The notes under the pieces were generated by a model, which saw nothing but the letters and a program-made list of their open reading frames with translations, had not been told where the DNA came from and made no database searches. DNA of 64,000 nucleotides, from assembly GCF_001194135.2 (NCBI RefSeq), contig NC_068991.1, positions 4,084,762 through 4,148,761 of the forward strand. Direction: 5' to 3'. The translations under genes were made by a program, and so were the position numbers. How positions within the stretch are numbered: the stretch's first letter is position 1; each line of letters opens with the position of its first letter. The stretch comes from Octopus bimaculoides (lineage: Eukaryota). Below are positions 1 to 11,904 of the stretch, in pieces.

Positions 1-474
1 CGGTATAGGATAATCTAATTGCCTCATTACATTTGGTTATATAATTTTGTGAATATGTAAAGCGCTTAGAAATGGTTTTTAGATTCGGTATAACACGTGT
101 AAATTCTTCTCAGATGGATTTAAATTGGTCTTCACAATTTAATCTTGACAAAAGTTCAGGAGAAATTTATGAGTTGCAGAAGAAGGTTTCCATTTACGTA
201 ATAAAACGCACACGTTCGTACACAAGCAGACACAGAAATACGTTCAAACAGAGGCATAAGCAAGCACATACACAATACAGAGATAAATATGGATATATAT
301 CATATACGTATCTACTACATATGTAGGAAATTCTGTCTATGAGTGTGTTTGTAGAGTTGTTAGCTAACTCTTCCTACATCGTATTATCGATTTTGATGAA
401 ACTTCACACGTTTAGAAATATCATGGCATGCTCAAATTCCTGGAAAAATCGATAGTAGGGCCCCTGGAAGGGAT

Positions 475-764
475 GCTTATATATATGTCTGTATATGTAT
501 GTATGTAGGTATGCATGCATGTGTGTGTGCATATATGCATGTGTGTATGTTTGTGTATGTGTGTGTATGTACGTTAGTATATATATACATATATATACAC
601 ATAAATATATATATAGAAATATAAATATATACATATATGTATATATAGTTATATACATACTATATATGTATATAAATGTATATATATATATGTATGTATA
701 TATATATATATTTATATTTATATATACATTTATATATGTACATATATATATGTATATATGTATG

Positions 765-835
<71 letters not shown>
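475..835. repeat. (AT)n/(GT)n degenerate dinucleotide microsatellite running into an N gap (836-1298)
   Basis: Directly visible alternating TA/TG runs; the overlapping YI/CV/HT-rich ORFs are translations of this repeat. Confidence 0.95.
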
Positions 836-1303
836 NNNNNNNNNNNNNNNNNNNNNNNNNNNNNNNNNNNNNNNNNNNNNNNNNNNNNNNNNNNNNNNNN
901 NNNNNNNNNNNNNNNNNNNNNNNNNNNNNNNNNNNNNNNNNNNNNNNNNNNNNNNNNNNNNNNNNNNNNNNNNNNNNNNNNNNNNNNNNNNNNNNNNNNN
1001 NNNNNNNNNNNNNNNNNNNNNNNNNNNNNNNNNNNNNNNNNNNNNNNNNNNNNNNNNNNNNNNNNNNNNNNNNNNNNNNNNNNNNNNNNNNNNNNNNNNN
1101 NNNNNNNNNNNNNNNNNNNNNNNNNNNNNNNNNNNNNNNNNNNNNNNNNNNNNNNNNNNNNNNNNNNNNNNNNNNNNNNNNNNNNNNNNNNNNNNNNNNN
1201 NNNNNNNNNNNNNNNNNNNNNNNNNNNNNNNNNNNNNNNNNNNNNNNNNNNNNNNNNNNNNNNNNNNNNNNNNNNNNNNNNNNNNNNNNNNNNNNNNNAT
1301 ATA

Positions 1304-1337
<34 letters not shown>

Positions 1338-1716
1338 CTCACTTAATAGTGAAATACGCAGCAAGAAGCTGAAGAACTGATATTAATTAAAAAATTAAAA
1401 ACATTGCTGTAGGTGAAATAGTAATGAAAACATAATGTACACACAAACACGAACATACACACGGGAACATACAGAAACATAGTCACAGGCAAACACACAT
1501 ATACATATCCGCACTCATAAAGACACACATAAGCGCACACAGATGCACACTGTCTCCTACGTGTTTGCTGTGTTTGTGGTAAAATCACCTCTCAACTCCG
1601 CAAAATGAACGATTGTTAAAGTGAAGAATGTAGAAATAAAGGTTAAATACAAGCATCACAAAGAAAGAATTTGAGATGCATCATTCAAATACCATATGAG
1701 TACATGTATATATATG

Positions 1717-1764
<48 letters not shown>

Positions 1765-1817
1765 NNNNNNNNNNTATGTATGTGTATATATATACATATA
1801 TACATATACATATATAC

Positions 1818-1902
<85 letters not shown>

Positions 1903-2174
1903 CACCCATATATATACAGACACACACGAATATACGTTCACATACTCAGACACACACACACACGCATATATATATGTATATATACTTATGCCGTGAGTGT
2001 TTATGTATGTATGCACGTGGGTGAACAACTATATGTGTAAGTTCTACACTATCATCCAATCAATTAATAATCGCTAATCGCGCTGATATGAAGGCGACAT
2101 GAAATATAATGAAGCGAATACTGCCGTAAAACAAAGAACGACTGGGAAAGAAAGAGAGCGAGAGAGTGAAAGAG

Positions 2175-2211
<37 letters not shown>

Positions 2212-2418
2212 CAGAGAGAAAGAGACAGAGAGAAAGAGACACAGAGCGGGAGAAATAAAATGATGAGTGAAGTAGATAATATTAAGAGGTGGGAAGATAT
2301 TAAAGAACACAGCTCTTTTTCGAAGTAATTATCTTAAAACCAGCGATAAAGATGTACTATAATAAAAGCATAGAATAAATGAAAATACCAAATTAAATAC
2401 AATAAACTAAATACGTGT

Positions 2419-2456
<38 letters not shown>

Positions 2457-2788
2457 NNNNNNNNNNNNNNNNNNNNNNNNNNNNNNNNNNNNNNNNNNNN
2501 NNNNNNNNNNNNNNNNNNNNNNNNNNNNNNNNNNNNNNNNNNNNNNNNNNNNNNNNNNNNNNNNNNNNNNNNNNNNNNNNNNNNNNNNNNNNNNNNNNNN
2601 NNNNNNNNNNNNNNNNNNNNNNNNNNNNNNNNNNNNNNNNNNNNNNNNNNNNNNNNNNNNNNNNNNNNNNNNTTTAATGTTTTCTGAATTACACAGTTTT
2701 AAACATTCCGAATGTCTATTCCTTGAGGGGGTGAATTAATACTGATAAATACCTGCATTAGACACCTGTACACTGATACAACAATCTG

Positions 2789-2798
2789 CTGTTGCTTG

Positions 2799-2836
<38 letters not shown>

Positions 2837-2875
2837 TATCTACTGCTGCTACTACTACTACGACTACTGGTAATG

Positions 2876-2937
<62 letters not shown>

Positions 2938-3288
2938 AAGAAGAAGAAGAAGAACAACAAGAAGAAGTAGAAGAAGAAGAAGAAATATAAGAAGAAGAAG
3001 AAGAAATTTAAGAAGAAGAAGAAGAAATATAAGAAGAAGAGGAGGAAGAAGAAGAAGGAGAAAGAGGAGGAAGAGGCGGAGGAGAAAAAGAAGAAGAACA
3101 AGAACAAGAATAGGAACAACTACAACAACAACAGCAAAAACAAGAGGCCGACGACGATGACGAAGACGACGACGACGACGAAGAAGAAGAAGAAGAAGAA
3201 GAAGAAGAAGAAAAAGAAGAAGAAGAAGAAGAAGAAGAAGAAGAAGAAGAATAAGAAGAAGACGAAGAAGAAGAAGAAGAAGAAGAAG

Positions 3289-3320
<32 letters not shown>
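2789..3320. repeat. Compound trinucleotide microsatellite (GCT)n-(ACT)n-(AAT)n-(AAG/GAG/GAC)n
   Basis: Directly visible; accounts for the poly-L/I/R/F ORFs at 2736-3401. Confidence 0.95.
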
Positions 3321-4269
3321 GTTCCGCAAACTTTTCAGCCACGTCAATTTTGTAACCTGCTTCGCCTTATCCTCAAGACAGAGAAACACTGCTTGCACCA
3401 CTTTGTTAGGGGTAGGTGGCGGGGCTACCCTTCGGAGGAACGCGACTTATATGCGGATGCGCACTACAAGCGACAAGACCTGTTCGACATTACAAGACAT
3501 TTATGCTCGATTATTGCAGTAGTACCTACAATACTCTTACGCATTTCGGACATTCCCACCTGAATTTACTGCCATTGACATCCATTACCATTGAGTTACC
3601 ACCCAAGTTCAAGAAGATCGTCAGCAGCACTATATCTAATTCTTTCCATTAATCCACTGTCACAGCAATTTTGCGATCCAGCAATTCTTATCTCGGCAAT
3701 GTCTGCCACATACATGCCAAGAGATTTCAAGGCGCTATTGAAATAACCTCACTTTCAAGCTGACCGTAGACCAGGTACAATTACAGAACGTGAGCGACAT
3801 CATGGAGAAAATAGGGGGAGGAGAATTTACTCATCTTCATCAGTAAAAATGGCGGACAGACTTCGTCCTTTTTCCAGAAAGGTATTCCTCAAAAGGACTT
3901 TGTAATTTTGTCATGCTTTCTAGTTTTCTAAAATTCACAATGTGTACTAGCAAATTATTCAAGAGAATATAGAAATGTCTCTGGCTGTTTATTTATTGTC
4001 TGGTTTTGTTTGTTATTCACGGATGATTTATTTGATAACGGTGAACTTGCTGATGGATTTTATTCCAGTGTTTGCTCCTGTTCGTTGCTATGGCCGTTGT
4101 TGTTTATTCCGATGTTCTTCTCGGTCACCTTGCATGTATTCCTATTACTTCCGTAGAGGCAAATTTATCAACTCTGGTCGTGGTTGTTGTTGCTGTTGTT
4201 GTTGTTCTTGGAGTTTTTCTTGCATAAAAATAGATAATAAATGTAATCATATACCACCTCTTCTTTATC

Positions 4270-4392
4270 GTTATCATCATCATCATCATCATCATCATCA
4301 GTAGCAGCAGCAGCAGCGTCGTCGTCGTCGTCGTCGTCATCGTCATCATCATCATCATCATTATCATGATCATGATTACCATCATCATCAAG

Positions 4393-4433
<41 letters not shown>
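4270..4433. repeat. (CAT)/(CAG)/(CGT) triplet array followed by (TA)n
   Basis: Directly visible. Confidence 0.9.
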
Positions 4434-4437
<4 letters not shown>

Positions 4438-4519
4438 GACTAAAGCTTCTTTCCGAGTCATATAGGATTGTATGACTAGTTTCCCAGTTTGTGTGGCATA
4501 TATATTCCCCCACAGGAGC

Positions 4520-4600
4520 GGATGCTTGTGTGCCGCATTCAAGAACATAAGGCGTCGCACGGTCCGGGAATCGAAATCGCAATCTTGGGAAGATGTGTTT
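4520..4600 (-). mobile_element. tRNA-derived SINE head fragment
   Basis: Minus strand reads ...gattgcGATTTCGATTCCcggaccgtgcgacgccttatgttcttgaat..., a B-box-like motif resembling the family C head (ggtttcgattcccgaccggg, ~22715). Confidence 0.45.
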
Positions 4601-5239
4601 AACACGTACCTACACACACACACATATACACACATACACACACACACGCACATTCGCTCACGGAAAATGAAAAACATCTACGCATACACACACACCCCTT
4701 TTCTATATAACGAATTTTGAAAATACTGAATGGAAAATTTATAGGAATTTGAACAATTGGATGGATGGTTGACCAAATTTCTGTGAAGTAGCAAGGGATA
4801 CAACAGTAAGGAATTTTTGCGATATATTACACGTCAGTAATTTTAAATCTGAGATATATTCTGGGAGTTACAAGAAAACAGCAAATACGATTAGAAGAAG
4901 ACGTTTTCCAATGTAACAAGCAAATTGAGATTTTTATATTCGAGCGTTAGCAATAATTGTTACAATCATTGTGAAGAAGCTAAAAATGAAAACCAAGAAA
5001 GATTAAATAAAATAACATTGATAGAAATCCAGAAGAGCGTGAGAAGATATTGCAAAATCTTCCCTCCGGAAATGCAATCGTAACGTTATCAGATCAGTGA
5101 AAAACTACCCCGATTACTCAAGTTAAAGATATGCCCGGTGAGTTTCGTGTGTATACGTTAGCCACGTAACTCGCTCATAAGTACTTAAGTTTTCTAATTA
5201 TCTTTCACGTTAAAACACACTGGAAGTATTTTCCCTACA

Positions 5240-5580
5240 TTGACAGAGCCGTGCCGTTGTGAAATTCTCTTTTGCAACCACGCGATTTCCGGTTCAATCA
5301 CACTGCACAGCGTATTAGGTAAGTATCATGTACTTTAACACTGGGCGGATAATACCTCTTGAATGAACTTCCAAGACGGAAACCTTGTGGAAGCTCATTT
5401 TAGAAGAGACCGTGTGGAAGCTCGTGCCATAACCCAGCAGTTCGGTAAAAAAGATCGGTTGAATAAGTGACGGACATAAAACACAAAGATTTACTGGGTC
5501 GATTTATTTAACTAAAGCCATTCGAACGGCTACCACTACAAGGCTGACATCCAGTGACTGGAAGAATCAAAAGGAAATGA
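5240..5580 (+). mobile_element. Old degenerate SINE family A copy
   Basis: Colinear similarity to 33973-34345 (gatttccggttcaatcacactgc...; gacggaaac; cagttcggtaaaa; gggtcgatttatttaactaaag; tail). Confidence 0.6.
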
Positions 5581-6136
5581 CAAAATATTTCCAGTTATTA
5601 GGAAAGTAGTTCACACGTTCCGAGTGAACGTTCATCACACATGTTGGGTGATGTATTTTGCAACACGTGTACGTGTATCTAGACCGGTTGGAGAAGCATC
5701 TTGATGTCCTGGAATGCTCCATACAATAATTATATATGCTTATTTACTTCATGTGTTTATATTCCAGATTCACTTTGTCTATTTATTAATTTAGTAAAGA
5801 GATCGATCATAAATCCAAGAGTTTTATAATCAAGTTATTCACCATTTGTTTTTCCAATTCATCATCCGGGAACGATTATATAAGTACCATTTGCGCTCCA
5901 TGGTGACTGTATTCGACTGGCACTCTCCTCTAAAATTGCTGGTCTTGTGCCAAAATGTGAAATCGATATCGTTTTATATTATAGTTAGATTTCTTTGTAG
6001 TAATATTTCTTCAGTTCTATTGTGCTCACTGTTCCAGGACCGGTGGCTGAAGAACTAGTTACACTCTGTGAAATAATCTATATGTTGGGAGCTCAGGATG
6101 AAGGAATGTCACAACAGATATGCATCAATTGCTACG

Positions 6137-6137
<1 letters not shown>

Positions 6138-6204
<67 letters not shown>

Positions 6205-6225
6205 ATCTATCTATCTATCTATCTA

Positions 6226-6270
<45 letters not shown>
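6138..6270. repeat. (TCTA)n plus (TA)n microsatellite
   Basis: Directly visible. Confidence 0.95.
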
Positions 6271-6272
<2 letters not shown>

Positions 6273-7107
6273 CTGGATGATATGAAGGTACGGCCACTCT
6301 GTGCCAAGCACATATTTAGATTACAGACGAATTTTGTGGAATTATTACGACTGAAAATTATTCGAGAAAATTTATTTGAAAATTCTATCAGATTAAGGGA
6401 TAGCATTTAGGCGATTTGGGTTGTTAGATCCTGCATTCCAGTGCGTATATAGATATGCCAAATATTATGTTATTTTTATGACTCTGGTCAGCTCCTTTTG
6501 TAAGAATGCCATCGGCCATATTGTTTTTGTCGTTGGAGTCTATATAGCGAGTAACTTCGGTAAGAGTAAAACATTCTACGTTGCTTTTTGTGCTGGATCT
6601 TACATAAGCCGTGTGTGTATATAAGAAAGCTACCGACAACATAGAAAGAGTCGATGTGCTACATAGTTTCTTTTTCAATATTTCTTACCAAAATATGTTT
6701 TTCACAGATGTACAATTTAGTTTTCATTCAGTGTGGTAGCCGACTGACACATATGCTGATTGACTGGTATTTTCATTACCGTTCTTCTAGCTACTTCTTA
6801 CTGAATCGCCTTCTTGAACTGCCATCAGCTTACTTGACATGTCTGGAAACTTTGTCAGCTCGTTAAGGAAAGCGACGAAGCAAAATGACTGTATCTCGCC
6901 TAAATACTTGAGATATCCGAAAATGTCAACACCTTCTAGTTCTCGACATTTTCCATTATGAATACAATAACAACAATTCTAAAGTTTTTTTGAAAGATTC
7001 ACAAAATATATTGAACGTATTGCAGAGATCAGGAAAACAACAAGTTATTTGCAGCTTGCTCGAAATACGGGGAAACATATTTTCTTCTTGTATGAGGAAT
7101 TTAATGA

Positions 7108-7450
7108 AGACTACTACTACCACTACTACTACTACTGCTACTACTACTACTACTACTACTACTGATGACGATGAGGATGATGATGATGATAACGATGGAA
7201 ATAATGGAGATTGATGATGATGATGGTGATGATAATGATGATGATGATCATGATGATCATGATGATCATGATGGTGATGGTGATGGTGATGATGATGATT
7301 GATGATGATGATTGATGATGATGATGATTGATGATGATGATGATTGATGATGATGATGATGATGATGATGGTGATGGTGATGGTGATGGTGATGATGATG
7401 ATTGATGATGATGATTGATGATGATGATGATTGATGATGATGACGATGAT
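7108..7450. repeat. Compound (ACT)n-(GAT/GGT)n microsatellite
   Basis: Directly visible; source of the poly-H/poly-I ORFs. Confidence 0.95.
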
Positions 7451-7470
7451 CCTTTCTACTGTAGGCACAA

Positions 7471-7640
7471 GACAAATAGGGGCTGCAATAAGGGTGGAGC
7501 ACTTGCAGAAAACAGCACTGCTTGGAACTTGTCGAATACTCCGGATGGTGCTCGAAAAATAAGGGATGTTACCTTAGTTCACTGGTAGTGAACAGCTGAC
7601 ACCGTAGTGCACCTCCAACGTTAGAAACTGTGCAAACTCA
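7471..7640 (+). mobile_element. 3' end of a REL-endonuclease non-LTR retrotransposon (R4/Dong-like): C-terminus plus 3'UTR
   Basis: 7473-7562 translates QIGAAIRVEHLQKTALLGTCRILRMVLEK*, matching the LQKxxLLGTxRILRxVL terminus typical of REL-type LINE ORFs. Confidence 0.75.
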
Positions 7641-7644
7641 GGTT

Positions 7645-7905
7645 TTGTTTGAACTCTTGGAGCCTTGCGTGCGTAGTAGGCTTGCCACGTGCGCCCTATG
7701 GTACCATGCTATCTGATCTTTTCAGCTATCTAATACTTTCCTGATTATTCTGGCTGTGCCAAGGAGGCAAAGCTTTCGTATTAGTTCTACTGAGAACTCT
7801 ATTCCAATTTCCTTCAAATTCCTCTTGGTGTCTTCTGATGCTGTCCCCAAGGATCCAACAATAATTGGCACTGTCTTCAGTAGAGCTATCAAATATTTAA
7901 GAATC
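7645..7905 (-). mobile_element. 3' end of a second REL-endonuclease non-LTR retrotransposon (different 3'UTR)
   Basis: Minus 7880-7722 translates LKTVPIIVGSLGTASEDTKRNLKEIGIEFSVELIRKLCLLGTARIIRKVLDS*, with the VPIIVGxLG and LLGTARIIRKVL motifs. Confidence 0.8.
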
Positions 7906-7907
7906 TA

Positions 7908-7938
7908 GTATTGTTGCTGTTGTTGCTGTGGTTGTTAC

Positions 7939-7969
<31 letters not shown>

Positions 7970-7990
7970 CTTCTTCTTCTTCTTCTTCTT
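7908..7990. repeat. (GTT)n-(TTC)n microsatellite
   Basis: Directly visible. Confidence 0.9.
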
Positions 7991-8879
7991 GTGCATGCGT
8001 GTGCGTGATTGTGTGAGTNNNNNNNNNNTATGTGTGTGTATGTATGTATATGTATACTCACCTTGCATTCAATATTTCGGGGTTATGACCCCATTTTCAA
8101 GAAATTGACGAATGTTGCCGATGCGCGTGTGTGTGAGTGTGAGTGGAAGGGACATGCTCAGAAGGATGTTGCTATAACAACCAGCTAGCTTCCTGTTACA
8201 CACGCTCATATTTACTTCGCATTGTTTTGGCCTTACCCACAACCTTTCATACAATACACTTTTCACAATGTTTTATAATAATTATTTCATAACACACACA
8301 CACACACATACACACACACACACACATACACAGACACACACACATACACACACACACATATATTGTATTTTATAATATATATATGTATATATATATATGA
8401 TGGACACTGGTATCGTTAGACTATGTATGAGGGTTCGACAATTTCTTACCGATCGATTACACAGATGATTTGCTTATAGTGATCAAACGTTTGTATACAC
8501 ATAAGCTCGCTCCCTCCATATATGTGTATCCTACTGCTTATGTGTGGTCCCCGATGATATGGCAACTGGCGTTGTTTTGTTAAATGTATGTATGTATGTA
8601 TAAATTAATTGAAGGGGTTGATCCGTTCGGTTAAACCGCTAGCAGGCATTGCTCCAGAATGGCCGAAGTTCAGTGACTGAATGAAGTAAATGATAGAAGA
8701 TAAATATTGTAAAACATTTTATTCCGGCACTTTACAGATTCCAGCCATGCCAACACCTAATAATGGTGTTACTTCTGCTTCAGTGAATCGTCAATCGCTA
8801 CGCATTACAATCGCAGTCGATCAAATGCACGCTGCAGTATCACGTCCCAAATACATTAGCATCAAAATCAGTTCGGCTG

Positions 8880-9470
8880 ACTCCACCACAATCAAAGGCC
8901 ACCGCCACCGAAACCACCACCACCACCACTACAACAACAAAAACAACACCACCTCCGAAACCAAAACTGCAGAAACAGCAGCTGCAGTACCACCACCATC
9001 ACAACAACAACAACAGGAACAACAACAACAACAGGAACAACAACATCAACATCTCCAGAACCAAAACAGCACCAGCAATACCACCACCTTAACAACAAAG
9101 ACAGCAGCACCTCCAAAACGAGATTACCAGCGCCACCAAGTATAACAACACGAACATCAAACCCATCCCCACTACCACCACCATCATCATCACCAGCATC
9201 ACCATCACCACCATCATCATCACCACCATCATTATCACCAAGACCACGACCACGACCAACCCCAACCACCAACACTAATGCCACCACTACCATCAACACC
9301 ACCATCACCACCACCATCCTCATCATCACCACCAACGCCAACCACAACATCACCACCACCACCACCAATGCCACCACCACTACCATCAACACCCCCTCCA
9401 CTACTACCAGCTTTTTCAATCCGAACATTACAACAGACATCAACGCCACCACCGGACGCATCGTAACAGC
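8880..9470. repeat. Degenerate (CAC/AAC/CAT/CAG) triplet low-complexity tract
   Basis: Directly visible; explains the Q/T/P/H-rich and G/V/D-rich ORFs on both strands. Confidence 0.85.
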
Positions 9471-9756
9471 AACATCTAAAGCACAATTACTGCTATCACT
9501 TAGTAATGCCAAATATAAACCATGCTCATATTTCTGGCAAGCAGTTCTGAGGTTATTTCGCGAAGTTCAGAGCTTGTCTTTCAAAATTGCATTCTCCTGC
9601 CATCCAGCGTTCGTCCATCGCCACCGTTAGCCTGCTTTTGATTGGTTGAAATGTATAAAGGATCTTACGCAACAGAAAAGTCAATCCCGTACTCAATCGC
9701 GATTCATTTTTCTGTCTCTTTGTCTCTCTCTTCCTCTCACTTTCATATATACACAG

Positions 9757-9800
<44 letters not shown>

Positions 9801-9934
9801 NNNNNNNNNNTCTCTCTCTTTCTCTCTCTCTCTCTATCTCTCTCTCTTTCTCTCTCTCTCACTCACTCTATATACACGTATCAGTGTGTGTGGTTGTATA
9901 TATATATATTCTTTTTTTTCTCTTATATACTTTT

Positions 9935-10157
9935 ACTTCAGTAATTTCACTGCAGCCATGCTGGAGCACCGCCTTCAGTTGAAGAAATCGACCCAAGGAC
10001 TTATTCTTCGTAAGCCTAGTACTTATTCTGTCGGTCTTATTTGCCGAACCGCTAGACGACCGGTTCTCAAGTGATGGTAGAGAGACAAACACAGACACAA
10101 ATACACAGACACACACACACAAATATGCGACGGGCTTCTTTCAGTTTCCGTTACCAA
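9935..10157 (-). mobile_element. SINE family A, 3' two-thirds
   Basis: gccatgctggagcaccgcc...gacttattcttcgtaagcctagtacttattct...gacgggcttctttcagtttccg closely matches the minus copy at 44238-44650. Confidence 0.85.
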
Positions 10158-10344
10158 ACGCAATTATTTTGAAAAATCCTGGGAATAGAGAGTGCACGAC
10201 TTTCTCAAAACACGTATGGTATGAAAAGAAATTAGTTCTTCCCATTTTCAAGCAAAACTTTGAAAAATTTAGCCCATGAAGACATGAATCTTACCCATGC
10301 ATGTGCATGCATGCGTGTGTTTGCATTTGTGCCTGTTTTGACAA

Positions 10345-10520
10345 ACGTTGTTGGTTCATTTGCATCCTCGTAATTTAGCAATTCAAAAGAGGTTGCTGAT
10401 AATAATAAGTACCAGACACAGCAAAACCTTAGCTAGTGTGGTCGATTTCTTCGACTAAAACCCTTAAAATCGTTGCCCCAGCATGGCCGCAGTCCATCGA
10501 CTACAAACAAGGGAAGAATA
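10345..10520 (+). mobile_element. SINE family A, degenerate 3' part
   Basis: ggtcgatttcttcgactaaa...gccccagcatggccgcagtc matches the family A tail. Confidence 0.7.
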
Positions 10521-11445
10521 AATTGATAAAAAAAATACAAAAGATAAACTATATATAAATATCTATGCATTGCAAATATAATCGATCTTCGGAAAATAAG
10601 TTAAATTTTTATGAAAAAATACCAGACCATAGTTAATAAAAATGAATACTTTGGAAAATGGAGACCCAGGAAACCGCTGGATACAGAATAACTGTCAGAA
10701 AGGCGGGGTGGGCATTGTTGGATTGCATTTCATATCGGAATTGTCAGTCACAGCTGAAATGTAATTGAATAACAGCAATAACAACCTATATACTAGCATA
10801 TATTTGATTGACTGAGAAATCGAATATCGGCCACGTAACGATACGCTAAACCTCAACTTACACATGTTCAGCTGCGTTTATTCCGCATACGAATGAGAAT
10901 CACTAGTCACATGTGTTCAACGACAATAGAAGAAGAGTTTTCAACGAAAATATTATTGTGAACATAATCCAGCTCATTGTAAACAAGCAACGATATAGAA
11001 AATTACAAGAAACTAAATCTAATACAAATACTAGCTCTAGGCAGATGTAAGAGAATACGAAACAATATAGCGAATAAAATTTTCTTGCAAGATAGGATAG
11101 CAAAAATCACTTAAATTCTTGCATAATCCAATCAAATTTGTTTCTTGAGAATCTCGAATCTAATATATTTTTTTTACTTCATATACTGTCAGTATGAATC
11201 ATTATTTTCCTATAAATATATATGGGTTCATATATNNNNNNNNNNNNNNNNNNNNNNNNNNNNNNNNNNNNNNNNNNNNNNNNNNNNNNNNNNNNNNNNN
11301 NNNAATTATAATTAAGGGTATCTAAAAGATACCACCATGCTAGATATAGCAGCCAAAACTTGACTCTAAAACTACATTAAGTGTTCATACAGCACCAGGA
11401 GAGAAGACAAAGAGACAAAATAAACTAGCAAAAAACTATTGGATA

Positions 11446-11504
11446 ATTCCAGATCCCGGATTTCTGGCTTTACATAAGAAATGCTTTGCCTTCATCAGTG
11501 GCAA
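11446..11504 (-). ncRNA. Mirror copy of the hammerhead-like motif in the left arm
   Basis: Minus strand: tgCCA-CTGATGA-A-GGCaaagcatttcttatgtaaaGCC-A-GAAA-TCCgGGA-TC-TGGaat. Stem III is near-palindromic (ATCC-G-GGAT); stem I has only 3 clean base pairs. Confidence 0.5.
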
Positions 11505-11647
11505 AGTACACGGGTGGATTTCTACTCCTTCCGATATAAGCCAAACAAACAACCCTGCAGACACACAATAGAGAGTTCACCTTTGAATCAAATCTGAAGA
11601 TGTTCCACTCTAATGTTTAAAACCACATATATACGTATTTTGCGTAT

Positions 11648-11706
11648 ATTCCACTGATGAAGGCAAAGTATTTCTTATGCAAAGCCAGAAACCCAGGATC
11701 TGGAAT
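11648..11706 (+). ncRNA. Type I minimal hammerhead-ribozyme-like motif (variant core)
   Basis: Stem I ATTCCA(11648-53)/TGGAAT(11701-06); CTGATGA 11654-60; stem II GGC/GCC; GAAA 11688-91; short stem III; ATC triplet ending 11700. Deviations: extra A on each side of stem II and a C.A mismatch in stem III. Confidence 0.55.
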
Positions 11707-11865
11707 TATCCAATAATTTTTTGCAAGTTTATTTTGTCTCTTTGTCTTCTCTCCTGGTGCTGTATGAACATTCAATGTGATTTTAGAGTCAAGTTTTGGC
11801 TGTTATATCTAGCATGGTGGTATCTTTCAGATAATCTGAAGTATAATTTTAATAATAATTATTAC

Positions 11866-11904
<39 letters not shown>

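Larger units (their letters stand above)
11319..11833. mobile_element. Foldback element with 183-bp inverted arms (11319-11501 / 11651-11833) and a 149-bp spacer; probable Penelope-derived non-autonomous element
   Basis: Manual ungapped comparison of the right arm with the reverse complement of the left arm gives 12 mismatches in 183 nt. Each arm begins (inner end) with ccaCTGATGAaggc...gccaGAAA. Confidence 0.85.

Noticed and set aside
3330-3900. Possible RTE-LINE 5' region (GGGGTAGGTGGCGGGG on +; LKSLGMYVADIAEIRIAGS on -)
   Set aside because: The two hints point in opposite orientations and neither continues into clear endonuclease motifs; unresolved without a library search.
7020-7100. LFAACSKYG resembling the Helitron helicase LYVACSRVG motif
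   Set aside because: Too short and diverged, with no supporting motifs.
8690-9512. Q/H/T-rich 151-aa plus ORF and G/V/D-rich 206-aa minus ORF resembling low-complexity proteins
   Set aside because: Both are explained by a degenerate CAC/AAC/CAT array; no splice structure or recognisable motif.
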